Below are positions 1 to 11,012 of a DNA stretch of 32,000 nucleotides, piece by piece. The notes under the pieces are model-generated. The model was not told where the DNA came from, ran no database searches, and saw only the letters and a program-made list of their open reading frames with translations. The position numbers were made by a program, and so were the translations under genes. Numbering within the stretch: the stretch's first letter is position 1; the number at the start of each line of letters is the position of its first letter. Source of the DNA: Halalkalibacterium halodurans (GTDB lineage: Bacteria > Bacillota > Bacilli > Bacillales > Bacillaceae_D); contig NZ_SNUY01000017.1 of assembly GCF_004376175.1 (NCBI RefSeq), positions 28,529 to 60,528 on the forward strand, given 5' to 3'.

Positions 1-133
1 AAAACCCTAAATCTCCAGCCATGTTTTGATATGGCACGCGATACGCCGCACTTAACACCTTCGCGAACAATGCCGCAACAGAAACAGAAAGCGCCCCACG
101 CAGAAACGGACGAATGGTTTCGTTGTTTTGCAT
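1..133 (-). CDS. N-terminal fragment (44 codons) of a MurJ/SpoVB-family membrane protein (YabM-like). The gene continues beyond the left edge of the window.
   Basis: ATG (rc of 131-133) is preceded by GGAGAAACGCCA. The translation MQNNETIRPFLRGALSVSVAALFAKVLSAAYRVPYQNMAGDLGF is hydrophobic and resembles MurJ/SpoVB N-termini. Its position after spoVT matches yabM in B. subtilis. It is too short to appear in the ORF track. Confidence 0.5.
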   Translation of the reverse strand, partial: MQNNETIRPFLRGALSVSVAALFAKVLSAAYRVPYQNMAGDLGF

Positions 134-159
134 TGGCGTTTCTCCTTTTTTTTCTTGTC

Positions 160-195
160 ATTATACCATAGGTTGACATATAAAGTTGGACGTTT
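160..195 (-). promoter_or_regulatory. Candidate sigma-A promoter for the yabM-like gene
   Basis: The minus strand reads TGGTATAAT (extended -10; TATAAT is rc of 160-165). The -35 is poor (CAACTT at 17 nt). Confidence 0.35.
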
Positions 196-231
196 GTTAG
201 CAAAACTTGGATTCCAACCAATCGCTTAAAG

Positions 232-264
232 TAGAAAAGCCATTCCTTCCTCGGAAAGAATGGC
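232..264 (-). terminator. Rho-independent terminator after spoVT
   Basis: Minus strand: GCCATTCTTTCC-GAG-GAAGGAATGGC hairpin (239-264) followed by CTTTTCTACTTT. Confidence 0.6.
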
Positions 265-271
265 TTCGTGA

Positions 272-811
272 TTATTGCTCCATTTGACGGGCAAGGAAGC
301 TCGCTGCTGTTTCTGCCAGCTTTTGTTCCACTTGTCCTTGTAATGTTTCATCTTTATTAAAGATCACCACTGCCCCGATTGGATCTCCATTTGCAATAAT
401 TGGTGCAATGACGCAGCCTTTAAGTTCTTCTTGCTGTTCACCAACAAGGTTGTATTCGCCCGCATCTGTATGGACGATTGATTTTCTGTCGTTCATTGCC
501 GACTCTATCATGTCCCCGATGCTTTTATTTGTATAATCCTTCTTCGAGCTTCCAGCCACCGCGATGTACGTATCACGATCAGCGATAAGCACACTATGAT
601 TCAGACTGTCGTAAAGCGCTTCTGCGTATTCTTTTGCAAAATCACCAAGCTCAGAAATAGGCGAGTATTTCTTTAGGATGACTTCTCCATCACGATCCAC
701 AAAAATTTCGAGAGGGTCCCCTTCGCGGATGCGCAACGTTCTTCTGATTTCCTTTGGAATCACTACACGCCCCAAGTCATCGATCCGTCGAACAATTCCT
801 GTTGCTTTCAT
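272..811 (-). CDS. spoVT: Stage V sporulation transcription regulator SpoVT (AbrB-type SpoVT/AbrB N-domain plus GAF-like C-domain)
   Basis: The 179-aa product begins MKATGIVRRIDDLGRVVIPKEIRRTLRIREGDPLEIFVDRDGEVILKKY, which as recalled closely matches B. subtilis SpoVT. Synteny next to mfd agrees. Confidence 0.95.
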   Translation of the reverse strand: MKATGIVRRIDDLGRVVIPKEIRRTLRIREGDPLEIFVDRDGEVILKKYSPISELGDFAKEYAEALYDSLNHSVLIADRDTYIAVAGSSKKDYTNKSIGDMIESAMNDRKSIVHTDAGEYNLVGEQQEELKGCVIAPIIANGDPIGAVVIFNKDETLQGQVEQKLAETAASFLARQMEQ

Positions 812-970
812 ACCTATGATGCCTCACTTTCTTCTGATGGAATAACTTCTGGATGTAAGTAAAGATGATCCTGTTTACGTGTTAGTATCTTTGTTTCCAG
901 AAGAACTATTCACCATTCGAAGAAAAAAGACATCCTTTTGCCGTTTTACTCCTTCCTTGGGATATCAATA

Positions 971-3900
971 TTAGGAAACCGAATTAACTGGAGACGGTTG
1001 TTTTTTTACATCCGCCAGTGAAGCCAAGAGCGTTTCTGTTACTTCCAGCAATTGATTTGTCCCTAGCTGCTTTGTTTTTAACGTTAATTTTATTCGCTCA
1101 CCTTCAGTCCCAAGACCAACTTGCTGATCGAGCTTATGAATGACTTCAAACAGCTTAGCGCCATCAATCCCTTCTGTCGTTTCTGGCGAAAGGAGAATAA
1201 TCCATTGACCCTTTGACTCCACAATGCTTTCGACGCCTTCTTGATAGGCTAAAATTTTTATCGTCGTTAGCTGTAGAAGGTCACTTACTTCTTGAGGATA
1301 TTCACCGAACCGATCAAACATTTCGTCCTTTAAGTCGTTGATCTCTTCAATCGTCTCGACCCCACGGAACCGTTTGTACATTTCAATTTTTTGCTTTGCG
1401 TCTTGAATGTATGAATCCGGTATATAAGCATCCACTTGTACATCAATTTCCACGTTTCGTGGTTCTTCTTTCGGCTGTTCGCCTTTTCGTTTTTCAATGG
1501 CTTCCTTCAACATTTGTGAGTATAGATCAAAGCCAACCGATTCAATAAAACCATGCTGCTGCGCGCCAAGCAAATTACCGGCACCACGGATCGCTAAATC
1601 TCGCATCGCTATTTTAAATCCAGACCCGAGCTCCGTGAATTCCTTAATGGCTTGGAGTCGCTTTTCTGCAACTTCGGACAACACTTTGTCACGCTGATAC
1701 GTGAAATAGGCGTAAGCCACCCGATTGGAGCGTCCGACCCGTCCGCGGATTTGATACAGTTGGGACAAGCCCATTTTATCGGCACCGTGGATGATGAGCG
1801 TGTTAACATTTGGAATGTCCACACCTGTTTCAATAATGGTCGTCGTTACTAACACATCGCTCTCCCCTTCTAAGAAGGCGAGCATAATCGACTCTAATTC
1901 GCTTTCTTTCATTTGCCCGTGGGCAAAAGACACTCGGGCATCTGGGACGAGCATAGAGATTTCATTTGCCATTCGCTCGATGTTTTCCACACGATTGTAA
2001 AGAAAATACACTTGTCCACCACGGGATAGTTCACGCTCAATCGCTTCTCGCACAAGAGGGCTGTTATATTCTACCACATAGGTTTGCACCGGAAAGCGGT
2101 TCTCTGGTGGTGTTTCGATGACAGAAAGATCACGGACGCCGAGCATCGACATGTGAAGTGTTCGCGGGATCGGGGTTGCCGTTAATGTTAGAACGTCAAT
2201 ATTTGCCTTTAACTGTTTAATTTTCTCCTTGTGCGTCACCCCAAAGCGCTGCTCCTCATCGACAATGAGCAAGCCGAGATCTTTGAACTGAACATCCTTG
2301 GACAGCAGACGATGGGTACCGACCACAAGGTCAACCGATCCTGCTTTTAGTCCTTTAAGCGTTTGTGACTGTTCCTTTCGAGAACGAAAACGACTAAGAA
2401 CCCCAATGTTAATTGGATAATCAGCGAAGCGCTCCTGGATCGTCTCAAAATGTTGCTGCGCTAAGATGGTCGTTGGCACGAGAATCGCCACTTGCTTTCC
2501 GTTCATAATGGCCTTGAAAGCAGCGCGAATCGCCACCTCTGTTTTCCCATAGCCAACGTCACCACAAAGAAGCCGATCCATCGGACGCTCTTTTTCCATG
2601 TCTTCTTTTATCTCTTGAATCGCTCGAAGCTGATCTTCTGTTTCTTGATATGGAAATGATGCTTCAAACTCCGCTTGCTCTGGTCCATCTGGGGCGAATG
2701 CAAACCCTTTGCTCGCTTCTCGCTCAGCATACAGCTTGATTAAATCATCAGCAATGTCTTCCACTGATGACTGGACACGGCGCTTTACCTTTTTCCAATC
2801 GCTTTTTCCTAGAGAGTACAGCTTTGGATCTTTATCTTCGGCGCCCACATATTTTTGCACTTGATCGATTTGTTCTACAGGAACGTATAGTTTATCGTTA
2901 CCTGCATAGCGAATGTGTAAATAATCCTTGTGAACCCCATTAATTTCTAAGGTTTCGATTCCTAAATATTTCCCGATCCCGTGGTTCGTATGGACGACTA
3001 AATCGCCTACTTTTAACTCGCTATAGTTTTTAATTCTTTCGGCGTTCGATAGTTTTTGTTTCCGCTGTGGCCGCTTCACCTTTTTCGCAAATATTTCTTC
3101 TTCTGTAATCACCACTAGCTTGTGCAGGGTCAATTCAAAGCCGCTCGTTAATGCACCGACCATAATTTGCGCCTGACCTGGCGTAAGTGGAGCTTCCCCA
3201 TCTACAACGAGGGCTTCTATTCCTTCCTCAGCTAAGACATGGTTTAGTCGCTTCGCCCGCTCCCTCGTCGCTGCAATGAAAACGGTCGCAAATTGTGATG
3301 AAATCCAGCGCTTAACTTCCGATTGAAGCAGTGGCATTTGTCCATGAAAGTTTTGCATCGATTTGCATTGGAAGCTAATAATATTTTGCGGATTCGTAGA
3401 CGGCACGTGACGCACGAAAAGCGACAAGTAAACGATCGGTAAGACGCCTTGCTTCATCTGCTCTAGAACTGAGTGAGCTAAGGTTACATCGTGGACAATT
3501 TCCCCTTGTTCAATAAGCGTCGTATGCCATTCCGCCTCTTCTTTCTCTAAACTTTCGGACATTTCTTTAACCCTACTCATTTCGTCAACAAAAATGACCC
3601 CAGTGGAAGGTACGTATGAAAAAAGGCTGTACGTATCATCGTAAAAAAGAGAAATGTATTTGTACATCGATGGAAACGGATGTTTCTGCTTCAGCTCACT
3701 AATATCAAAAGAAATTTGTTCGGTTAGTTTTTCTTTTACTTCTTTTTTCTTTACTTTTTTTAACGTTTGACTGAGACGGTCCTCTAAGCGTGATGCCCCT
3801 TGAATAAAATGCTCTTCATCCATAATGATTTCCGCCGCTGGTCCAATGACAACTTCGGATAGCGAGTCCTTTGAACGCTGGTCTTCAATCGTAAATGTCC

Positions 3901-4516
3901 GAATCGAATCAATTTCCGTGTCAAACAATTCAATTCGAATTGGGTCCTCCTCTGTTAAGGGATACAGATCAATAATGCCCCCACGGACACTACATTCTCC
4001 CGGGGTCGTCACCATATCAACACGAGTAAAACCATTGCGAACAAGCCGTCTAATCAACGACTCCAAGTCACCTATGTCATCCCCAACACTTAAACGAATT
4101 TGGCTTTCCTTCCATAAGGAAGAAGGAGGCAATAGACGCCGCAGGCCTGCTAATGGAACGACTACGATTCCTGAAAATCCAGCTACGAGCTGATTTAATA
4201 CGTCAATGCGTTGCGCTTTCATTTCCGGGCTAGCAATCGCAATTTCTGATGAAATCAAATCGTTAACGGGATAGAGTAGTACATGATCCGCCCCTACGAG
4301 TTCGACAAGATCCTCAAAGATTTTCTGTGCTTGATACAAATTATAGGTAATGACAAGCTGTGGCCGTCTCGTCTCCTTATATAAAGCAGCCATAACGGCA
4401 GGCCTAGCAGACCCTGACAATCCTGAGACGAGTTGTTCCTTCATATTCACTTCCAAGCCCTGTACAATCGCTTGTGTGTCTTCCTGTTCTTGAATAAAAC
4501 GTTGTAAACCTAGCAT
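971..4516 (-). CDS. mfd: Transcription-repair coupling factor Mfd
   Basis: Superfamily-2 helicase motifs are present ([43 protein letters not shown]), plus an UvrB-homology N-terminus and a TRCF C-terminus. The start was trimmed to ATG at 4514-4516 (MLGLQRF...), preceded by GGGGGAAAGG. The ORF-track start at 4549 lacks an RBS. Confidence 0.95.
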   Translation of the reverse strand: MLGLQRFIQEQEDTQAIVQGLEVNMKEQLVSGLSGSARPAVMAALYKETRRPQLVITYNLYQAQKIFEDLVELVGADHVLLYPVNDLISSEIAIASPEMKAQRIDVLNQLVAGFSGIVVVPLAGLRRLLPPSSLWKESQIRLSVGDDIGDLESLIRRLVRNGFTRVDMVTTPGECSVRGGIIDLYPLTEEDPIRIELFDTEIDSIRTFTIEDQRSKDSLSEVVIGPAAEIIMDEEHFIQGASRLEDRLSQTLKKVKKKEVKEKLTEQISFDISELKQKHPFPSMYKYISLFYDDTYSLFSYVPSTGVIFVDEMSRVKEMSESLEKEEAEWHTTLIEQGEIVHDVTLAHSVLEQMKQGVLPIVYLSLFVRHVPSTNPQNIISFQCKSMQNFHGQMPLLQSEVKRWISSQFATVFIAATRERAKRLNHVLAEEGIEALVVDGEAPLTPGQAQIMVGALTSGFELTLHKLVVITEEEIFAKKVKRPQRKQKLSNAERIKNYSELKVGDLVVHTNHGIGKYLGIETLEINGVHKDYLHIRYAGNDKLYVPVEQIDQVQKYVGAEDKDPKLYSLGKSDWKKVKRRVQSSVEDIADDLIKLYAEREASKGFAFAPDGPEQAEFEASFPYQETEDQLRAIQEIKEDMEKERPMDRLLCGDVGYGKTEVAIRAAFKAIMNGKQVAILVPTTILAQQHFETIQERFADYPINIGVLSRFRSRKEQSQTLKGLKAGSVDLVVGTHRLLSKDVQFKDLGLLIVDEEQRFGVTHKEKIKQLKANIDVLTLTATPIPRTLHMSMLGVRDLSVIETPPENRFPVQTYVVEYNSPLVREAIERELSRGGQVYFLYNRVENIERMANEISMLVPDARVSFAHGQMKESELESIMLAFLEGESDVLVTTTIIETGVDIPNVNTLIIHGADKMGLSQLYQIRGRVGRSNRVAYAYFTYQRDKVLSEVAEKRLQAIKEFTELGSGFKIAMRDLAIRGAGNLLGAQQHGFIESVGFDLYSQMLKEAIEKRKGEQPKEEPRNVEIDVQVDAYIPDSYIQDAKQKIEMYKRFRGVETIEEINDLKDEMFDRFGEYPQEVSDLLQLTTIKILAYQEGVESIVESKGQWIILLSPETTEGIDGAKLFEVIHKLDQQVGLGTEGERIKLTLKTKQLGTNQLLEVTETLLASLADVKKQPSPVNSVS

Positions 4517-4569
4517 ACCTTTCCCCCTAAAGCCTTCTGCTACAAGCATTTCATTAAAAACGCCTTAAA

Positions 4570-4588
4570 GCAGGGGGTCCTCCCCTGC
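4570..4588 (-). terminator. GC-rich hairpin between fin and mfd (weak terminator or attenuator)
   Basis: Minus strand: GCAGGGG-AGGAC-CCCCTGC followed by TTTAAGGCGTTTTT. The U-tract is interrupted. Confidence 0.35.
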
Positions 4589-4691
4589 TGTAGGTATAAA
4601 TCAATTCGCTTCATGACATTCTATGAAACTTTTGAAAATCCTCTTCCTCTTTTTTAAAAATCCTACTGATGTCACTGTTGTTTGGAAACAG

Positions 4692-4718
4692 AAAAATGCT
4701 TTGGTCTAAAACCAAAGC
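4692..4718 (-). terminator. Rho-independent terminator after fin
   Basis: Minus strand: GCTTTGGT-TTTAG-ACCAAAGC hairpin (4698-4718) followed by ATTTTTC. Confidence 0.7.
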
Positions 4719-4752
4719 GTTGACAAAGCCAACGAGTTCTTATGGTTGTCAT

Positions 4753-4986
4753 TTATTGAATATGTGACGTAACATCCAGTTCATATAGGTTTGGATTCCG
4801 AATGTAGGCTTCATGACAATCTTCGCAAATAACGTGAATCGTCATGTCTCCACTGTCATTATATGTCACCATCGAGGCTCTTTCCTCTTCAGTCAAATGA
4901 TGAAGTCCTAACTGTTCAGATGTATGTCTACCTTCTAATTGACCAACTTTCGTTTGACAATGGCGACATTGATAATGAATCGTCAA
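4753..4986 (-). CDS. fin: Anti-sigma-F factor Fin (YabK), a zinc-ribbon protein
   Basis: The 77-aa product has CRHC...CEDC cysteine pairs and ends RNPNLYE...HIQ, resembling B. subtilis Fin/YabK. Its position between pth and mfd agrees. Confidence 0.85.
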   Translation of the reverse strand: MTIHYQCRHCQTKVGQLEGRHTSEQLGLHHLTEEERASMVTYNDSGDMTIHVICEDCHEAYIRNPNLYELDVTSHIQ

Positions 4987-5068
4987 CGCAAGTCCCCTCC
5001 GTTCTAGATCATCAGTTGCTTTTAGTATGAACGGAAGTGGAACGAGCTATACCTCATCGGATCTAGCT

Positions 5069-5626
5069 TTAATTAAATGTATTCATCACTTCAAGAAATG
5101 GTTTCTTTGTAAAAGCTTCTGCTGCCTCTGCCGAGAGATCAATCGCCTCCGAGATGGCGTCCTTTTCCTCTGGGCGATAGCGCCCAAGCACGTGCTGAAC
5201 GACCGTTTCTCCTGGTGCCGGCCTGTCGACCCCGACACGAATTCGTTTAAAATCACTCGTGCCTAGGTGAGCGATCAAAGATTTCATCCCATTGTGGCCA
5301 CCAGCGCTTCCTTTTTGACGAAGGCGGATTTTACCTACTGGCAAATCTAAATCATCATAAATCACGAGTAGGTCTTCCACTTCCATGTTATAGTATTCAA
5401 GGAATGGGCGGACCGATTCTCCTGATCGATTCATAAAAGTCTGGGGCTTTAACAAAAAGATCTTTTCTCCATCGATTCGACCTTCCCCATAAAGTCCGTT
5501 CGCTTTCGACTGCTTGATCTCAATATTCAAGCGGCGAGCGACGGCATCTACTACATCAAAACCGACATTATGCCTCGTGCCATCATATTTAGCACCAGGG
5601 TTTCCTAAACCGACGATTAGCTTCAT
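5069..5626 (-). CDS. pth: Peptidyl-tRNA hydrolase
   Basis: MKLIVGLGNPGAKYDGTRHNVGF... is the canonical Pth N-terminus. The product is 185 aa. Confidence 0.95.
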   Translation of the reverse strand: MKLIVGLGNPGAKYDGTRHNVGFDVVDAVARRLNIEIKQSKANGLYGEGRIDGEKIFLLKPQTFMNRSGESVRPFLEYYNMEVEDLLVIYDDLDLPVGKIRLRQKGSAGGHNGMKSLIAHLGTSDFKRIRVGVDRPAPGETVVQHVLGRYRPEEKDAISEAIDLSAEAAEAFTKKPFLEVMNTFN

Positions 5627-5680
5627 CTATATCACCTTTTTAGTGTCCCTTTCACAGTTACTAAAAACAGTATAACAACA

Positions 5681-5707
5681 GAAAAGGTATAACCACAAGG
5701 GTCATAC
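5681..5707 (-). terminator. Rho-independent terminator after ctc/rplY
   Basis: Minus strand: GGTATGAC-CCTTGTG-GTTATACC hairpin followed by TTTTCTG. A- and T-runs flank it on both sides, so it may be bidirectional. Confidence 0.6.
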
Positions 5708-5791
5708 CTTTTTAAAGGTTGTTTAGAGCAGCGCCATTTCTAAGGCTGCGTACGTACTTTACAGCTGTCTTGTGATGGACACAAATTGACT

Positions 5792-6439
5792 TTATTCTTC
5801 TTTTGCCTCTTCAGCAGGCTCCTCTTTCTCATTGATTACTTCTGGCTCATTATCAGTCACTGCTGCTTCCGTCTCTTCTTCCTTCTCCGTGGCAGGAGGT
5901 TGGACAGTTACGACGGTTTCTTCGTCTTCGTTTACGACTTGAACAGGGACGTTCCCTCGCACATCCCTTATTTGAATGGAATCCCCAATCGTTAAGGATG
6001 ACACATCGAGCGTGATTTCTTCCGGAATGTCTGCTGGCAAACTACGAACCGTGATTTCATACATAAGCTGAGAAAGGACACCGCCCTCGGATACTCCTCT
6101 CGCTTCCCCTGTTAATCGAACAGGAACATTTGCTTCAATCTCAGAGGACATATCCACTTCGAAGAAATCAATATGCAAATAATCGCCTTTTAACGGATCC
6201 ATTTGCAAATCATGGACCATCACTTGATGCTTCGTGCCTTTCTCTACTTCAAGTGAGATCAATCCGTTTCGGCCCACTTCTCGAACCGTTTTTAAAAAGT
6301 CTACAGCCTCGACGCTAATTGGTTGGCTTTTCGTCTTATTTCCATAAACAACGGCCGGCACATACCCTTGTTTACGAATTTTTCTTGTAACAGAGCCACG
6401 TAGATCTGGCCGTTTCTCTGCTTTTAAGCTCATTGCCAT
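5792..6439 (-). CDS. rplY: Ribosomal protein bL25 / general stress protein Ctc, with an acidic C-terminal tail
   Basis: The L25/Ctc fold sequence is recognisable (KAEKR...GYVPAVVYG...). The start was trimmed to ATG at 6437-6439, preceded by GAGGTGATAAA. Confidence 0.9.
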   Translation of the reverse strand: MAMSLKAEKRPDLRGSVTRKIRKQGYVPAVVYGNKTKSQPISVEAVDFLKTVREVGRNGLISLEVEKGTKHQVMVHDLQMDPLKGDYLHIDFFEVDMSSEIEANVPVRLTGEARGVSEGGVLSQLMYEITVRSLPADIPEEITLDVSSLTIGDSIQIRDVRGNVPVQVVNEDEETVVTVQPPATEKEEETEAAVTDNEPEVINEKEEPAEEAKEE

Positions 6440-6481
6440 TTTTATCACCTCTACGTTTTTTACAGTTGCTCTCTTTCATCT

Positions 6482-6507
6482 TTTCCCTGAGCATCCCTTT
6501 TTCAAAC
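6482..6507 (-). promoter_or_regulatory. Sigma-B-type promoter candidate upstream of ctc
   Basis: The minus strand reads GTTTGA-14 nt-GGGAAA, against the consensus GTTTAA-N12-15-GGGTAT. B. subtilis ctc is a classic sigma-B gene. Confidence 0.45.
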
Positions 6508-6539
6508 GGAGAAATTTAAAAACAGCAGAAAAAAGCCGA

Positions 6540-7490
6540 TTAATCAAATAATAAACTTACAGAAGAATGTTCATGAACACGGACAATGGCCTCTGCCATG
6601 AGCGGTGCTACAGACAACGTAGTAATCTTATCAATTAATTTTTCTTCTTCAAGCTCAATTGTATTCATGACGACAAGCTCTTTGATTTTCGAATTTTTGA
6701 TTCGCTCGATCGCAGGTCCTGATAAGACAGGGTGGGTGCAACATGCGTACACTTCTTTTGCCCCGTGTTCAACGAGGGCGTTTGCTGCTAATGTGATTGT
6801 CCCCGCTGTATCGATAATGTCATCAATAATAATTGCTGTTTTCCCTTCAATATGACCGACTATATTCATTACTTCTGCCACGTTTGGTTTCGGACGACGT
6901 TTATCAATAATCGCAATCGGTGCTTTTAACCGGTCGGCTAGCTTGCGGGCACGCACCACGCCTCCATGATCAGGGGAAACGACAACGACATCATCCAAGC
7001 CCTTTTTCTCAAAGAACTCAGCTAAAATCGGAACGCCCATAAGCTGATCAACCGGAATGTCAAAAAAGCCTTGAATTTGTGTCGCATGTAAATCAAGTGT
7101 CAAAACACGAGTCGCTCCGGCTGTTTCTAGTAAATTAGCCACCAATTTTGCAGTAATTGGTTCACGAGCTCTCGCCTTGCGATCCTGTCTCGCATATCCA
7201 TAATAAGGGATCACCACATTAATGGTTTTCGCCGATGCACGCTTCACCGCATCAATCATAATCAGGAGCTCCATAATATGCTCGTTTGCCGGAGCAGCTG
7301 TTGATTGAATTAAGAAAACATCGCAACCTCGAATGCTTTCTTCAATGTTGATTTGCACTTCTCCATCGCTAAAGCGAGTGACTGAGCTTTTCCCCATCGG
7401 TACACCGATTCGTTCTGTAATCTCATAAGCCAACCCTTTATTTGAATTGAGCGTAAACACCTTTAAGTTGGGGTCACCGTAGTTTGCCAT
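6540..7490 (-). CDS. prs: Ribose-phosphate pyrophosphokinase (PRPP synthetase)
   Basis: The 316-aa product has the PRPP-binding loop [11 protein letters not shown] and motifs DLHA..IQGFF. Confidence 0.95.
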   Translation of the reverse strand: MANYGDPNLKVFTLNSNKGLAYEITERIGVPMGKSSVTRFSDGEVQINIEESIRGCDVFLIQSTAAPANEHIMELLIMIDAVKRASAKTINVVIPYYGYARQDRKARAREPITAKLVANLLETAGATRVLTLDLHATQIQGFFDIPVDQLMGVPILAEFFEKKGLDDVVVVSPDHGGVVRARKLADRLKAPIAIIDKRRPKPNVAEVMNIVGHIEGKTAIIIDDIIDTAGTITLAANALVEHGAKEVYACCTHPVLSGPAIERIKNSKIKELVVMNTIELEEEKLIDKITTLSVAPLMAEAIVRVHEHSSVSLLFD

Positions 7491-7514
7491 GTTTCCTTAA
7501 ACCTCCACCATAAA

Positions 7515-8882
7515 TTAATTGTTTTTTTTCGTTACATAGTGTTCTTTATTTGTTTGCCGTGCGCGTGCGATCGAGAGTGCATCACTTGGCACATCTTCTG
7601 TTATTGTAGATCCTGCTGCTATTAAAGCCCCTTTTCCGATCGTGACAGGGGCAATTAAGTTAGAGTTGCAGCCGATAAATGCATCGTCCTCGATTTTCGT
7701 TAAAAATTTGTTTTTCCCATCGTAATTCACGGTAATGGATCCACAACTAAAGTTCACCCGCTCGCCAACTTCAGCGTCACCAATGTAGCTCAAATGTGAT
7801 GCCTTGCTCTCTTTTCCAATGGTTGACTTTTTTACTTCAACAAAATTACCAATCCGTACATCATCATGGATCATTGATGCAGGGCGAATGTGCGAAAATG
7901 GTCCAATAGATACACGCTCCCCCACTTCGCTATTATGAACAACCGATTGCTTAACTGCCGTTTTGTTCCCGATTTTTGAATCTTTTAATTCCGTATGGGG
8001 ACCAAGCACGCATCCTTCACCGATGGTCGTTTGTCCAAGCACCATCGTTCCCGGATAAATCACGGTATCTTGACCAATTGTTGCATCAGGTGATACGTAC
8101 GTTTGCTCAGGATCAATGAACGTAACCCCTTTTCTCATCCATGCTTCATTGATACGACGCTTCATCACCTGCTCCGCTTGAGCTAAAGCGACCCTGTCGT
8201 TAACCCCTAAAGTTTCCTCAACATGGGCCGTTTTGTATGCCGCTACCTTTTCCCCTTTAGTTTGAAGGATTTGGATCACATCAGGAAGGTAGTATTCCCC
8301 TTGGGCGTTATTGTTACCAACTTCTTTCAACGCTTGAAATAACGCCTCATTGTCAAAGCAGTACGTCCCTGTATTGACTTCTGTAATTTGCTTCTCTTCA
8401 GAAGTCGCATCTTTGTGCTCAACAATTCGTTCAACAAGTCCCTTATCGTTCCGTACAATTCGCCCATATCCTGTTGGATCAGCCAATTCGGCCGTTAGCA
8501 CAGTCGCCTTGGCTTGCTCTTCTTCATGATAGGACATCACATGATCGATTGTTTCGGCTGTCAACAACGGTGTATCACCGCACAATACGATCGTTACTCC
8601 TCGTCTTCCGCCAAGAGCTGATTCTGCTTGAAGTACAGCATGTCCTGTCCCAAGCTGTTCCTCTTGCAAAGCATAGGAGACACGCTCTCCTAGCTGTGAC
8701 TTTACAGCATCCGCACCGTGCCCTATAATTGTCACAATTTCGTCAAATCCGAGGGCTGAGACTTGGTCAACGACGTGTTGAACCATTGGCTTTCCACAAA
8801 CTGAATGGAGCACCTTATAAAGCTTTGACTTCATCCTCGTCCCTTGTCCAGCGGCAAGTATGACCGCAAATCGATTGCTCAT
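7515..8882 (-). CDS. glmU: Bifunctional UDP-N-acetylglucosamine pyrophosphorylase / GlcN-1-P acetyltransferase
   Basis: [11 protein letters not shown] nucleotidyltransferase signature, C-terminal hexapeptide-repeat (LbH) domain, RBS GGAGGGG. Confidence 0.95.
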   Translation of the reverse strand: MSNRFAVILAAGQGTRMKSKLYKVLHSVCGKPMVQHVVDQVSALGFDEIVTIIGHGADAVKSQLGERVSYALQEEQLGTGHAVLQAESALGGRRGVTIVLCGDTPLLTAETIDHVMSYHEEEQAKATVLTAELADPTGYGRIVRNDKGLVERIVEHKDATSEEKQITEVNTGTYCFDNEALFQALKEVGNNNAQGEYYLPDVIQILQTKGEKVAAYKTAHVEETLGVNDRVALAQAEQVMKRRINEAWMRKGVTFIDPEQTYVSPDATIGQDTVIYPGTMVLGQTTIGEGCVLGPHTELKDSKIGNKTAVKQSVVHNSEVGERVSIGPFSHIRPASMIHDDVRIGNFVEVKKSTIGKESKASHLSYIGDAEVGERVNFSCGSITVNYDGKNKFLTKIEDDAFIGCNSNLIAPVTIGKGALIAAGSTITEDVPSDALSIARARQTNKEHYVTKKNN

Positions 8883-8916
8883 CGTTCCCCTCCAACTGTT
8901 CCATTTTTCCCTTACG

Positions 8917-8945
8917 AATATATCTTAAAACGGTTGTGTTTTCAA
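8917..8945 (-). promoter_or_regulatory. Sigma-A promoter candidate for glmU-prs
   Basis: The minus strand reads TTGAAA (rc 8940-8945), a 17-nt spacer, then TATATT (rc 8917-8922), about 35 nt upstream of the glmU ATG. Confidence 0.5.
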
Positions 8946-9007
8946 GAAGAGAAATCCGGAAAAACAAGCGTTATACCGCCCCTTTTGTTGCTGGATGAAG
9001 ATGGAAC

Positions 9008-9037
9008 AAATAAAAAAGCGCAAGAACTTACTTGCAC
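9008..9037 (-). terminator. Second hairpin plus U-tract in the spoVG-glmU spacer
   Basis: Minus strand: GTGCAAG-TAAGTT-CTTGCGC (7 bp, one U.G pair) followed by TTTTTTATTT. Confidence 0.45.
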
Positions 9038-9099
9038 TAGCAATAAGAAAGGAAACGGTCCCATATGAATAGGAGAGGATTTTCCCCTTTTGAATTTAT

Positions 9100-9137
9100 A
9101 AAAAAAGACCTCACTTCCACCTAGTTGGAGTAAGGCC
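9100..9137 (-). terminator. Rho-independent terminator after spoVG
   Basis: Minus strand: GGCCTTACT...AGTGAGGTC imperfect hairpin followed by TTTTTTT. Confidence 0.6.
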
Positions 9138-9147
9138 TGGCTGTTTA

Positions 9148-9501
<354 letters not shown>

Positions 9502-9688
9502 CTATATTCCTTCTTTTTCCGAAAGAATTTTTGTGAATTTTGATTCGAAGTTTTTCTCCTTGATGATGAACTGGCTTCATCAGTAGCACAGGTACCTTTA
9601 AAGGATAAAAAACGCTCGGAATACTTGGCTTATGAGCAATCGTTTTTTCTGAGCCTCTCATGCACAAAAAAGTAAACTTTCTACAGCG

Positions 9689-9723
9689 TTAAAAAAACAT
9701 GCTTCTAGGAACGAAGCATGTTT
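9689..9723 (-). terminator. Rho-independent (bidirectional-looking) terminator after yabJ/ridA
   Basis: AACATGCTTC-loop-GAAGCATGTT perfect 10-bp stem (9696-9722), flanked by an A7 run and a T/A7 run. Confidence 0.75.
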
Positions 9724-9732
9724 AAAAAAATG

Positions 9733-10107
9733 CTATTTCACGAGAGCAATAACCTCGATTTCTACAAGGACATCTTTTGGTAAGCGAGCCACTTCTACAC
9801 AAGAGCGTGCCGGCTTATGTGTTTGGAAGTATTCCCCATACACTTCATTAATACGTGGGAAGTCATTCATGTCTTTAATAAATACCGTCGCCTTTACAAC
9901 CGTGTCCAGTGAAGCTCCAGCTTCTTTTAGAACGGCTTGAAGATTTTTAAACACTTGATGTGTTTGCTCTTCCACCGTTCCTTGAACAAGTTCTCCCTCA
10001 GCAGTCAGTGGAATTTGGCCTGAACTGTAAAACATATTGTTTACGACAATCCCTTGTGAATAGGGTCCAATGGCATCTGGTGCTTGGTTCGTATGTACAA
10101 CCTTCAT
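9733..10107 (-). CDS. ridA: RidA/YjgF-family enamine/imine deaminase (YabJ)
   Basis: The 124-aa product contains ...[26 protein letters not shown]...[25 protein letters not shown], the typical RidA/YabJ sequence. Its start overlaps the purR stop (ATGA). Confidence 0.93.
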   Translation of the reverse strand: MKVVHTNQAPDAIGPYSQGIVVNNMFYSSGQIPLTAEGELVQGTVEEQTHQVFKNLQAVLKEAGASLDTVVKATVFIKDMNDFPRINEVYGEYFQTHKPARSCVEVARLPKDVLVEIEVIALVK

Positions 10108-10952
10108 GATTGGTCCTCCTTTAATGTCATCATATACTCTAATACATTACCTGGTTCGACAAGAATTGTTTTTTCCCTCTCATTCAACTGACAAATGCGT
10201 GCAACCGATAAGTAGTCATCCACAAGTCGTTCCTCTGCTTCGCCTGACTCCACGAGGACACCTATCCCAGCAACCTCCGCTTGAAATTCATGGAGCAGGT
10301 CCATCATTCCTCGGACAGTACCACCGGCTTTCATAAAATCATCCACAATAAACACGTTGGAGCCTGGGCTCAAGCTCCTTCTTGCAAGCGTCATCGTTTG
10401 AATACGCTTAGATGAACCTGACACGTAATTAATACTAACCATTGATCCTTCTGTGACTCGGTGATCACGTCTGACAATGCTTACTGGAACGTCTAGATGC
10501 TGCCCGACTGCATACGCGAGAGGAATCCCCTTTGTCGCCACCGTAATGACCGCATCAATTTTTTTGTGCGAAAGGATGGCAGAAAACAATCGCCCGACCT
10601 CCTGCATAAAACGAGCATCTCCTAACATGTCCATCATATAAAGATAGCCACCCGGTAAAATACGGTCTGAGATGGAAAGCTTCTCACAAACTGCCCCGAC
10701 TAGCTGGCGAGCTTCGTCCTCCCCCATGGAAGGAATGAACTTAACCCCACCGCTTGCACCAGGAACGGTTAAAAGCATTCCGATCCCTTCGCTTTCAAAA
10801 ATTTCTTTTATAATCACCAAATCTTCACTAATTGAAGATTTTGCCGATTGATACCGTTCTGAAAAATGGGTAAGTGGGATCAGCTCGTGGGGATGTTGCA
10901 ATAAAAAATACGTCATATCAACAAGGCGCCCACTGCGCTTTAACTTTTTCAT
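10104..10952 (-). CDS. purR: Purine operon repressor PurR (PRT-fold)
   Basis: [41 protein letters not shown] and the PRPP motif [13 protein letters not shown] are present. The start was trimmed to ATG at 10950-10952 (MKKLKRSGR), preceded by GGAGGG. Confidence 0.93.
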   Translation of the reverse strand: MKKLKRSGRLVDMTYFLLQHPHELIPLTHFSERYQSAKSSISEDLVIIKEIFESEGIGMLLTVPGASGGVKFIPSMGEDEARQLVGAVCEKLSISDRILPGGYLYMMDMLGDARFMQEVGRLFSAILSHKKIDAVITVATKGIPLAYAVGQHLDVPVSIVRRDHRVTEGSMVSINYVSGSSKRIQTMTLARRSLSPGSNVFIVDDFMKAGGTVRGMMDLLHEFQAEVAGIGVLVESGEAEERLVDDYLSVARICQLNEREKTILVEPGNVLEYMMTLKEDQS

Positions 10953-11012
10953 AATGCCCTCCAGCAAAAACCGAATATTTAAAGTAAATATACCATTTTC
11001 ATACGGTTTCTA

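Noticed and set aside
1497-4193. Several 60-120-aa ORFs on the plus strand inside mfd (1497-1697, 1652-1852, 1791-2000, 3825-4193) and an overlapping out-of-frame minus-strand ORF at 1609-1833. Similar antisense or overlapping ORFs occur inside prs, glmU, ispE, rsmA, rnmV, metG, the herA-like gene, rsmI, yaaT, holB, tmk and yaaO.
   Set aside because: All lie wholly within well-supported conserved genes. They lack RBSs and have low-complexity or unrecognisable translations, as expected for shadow ORFs.
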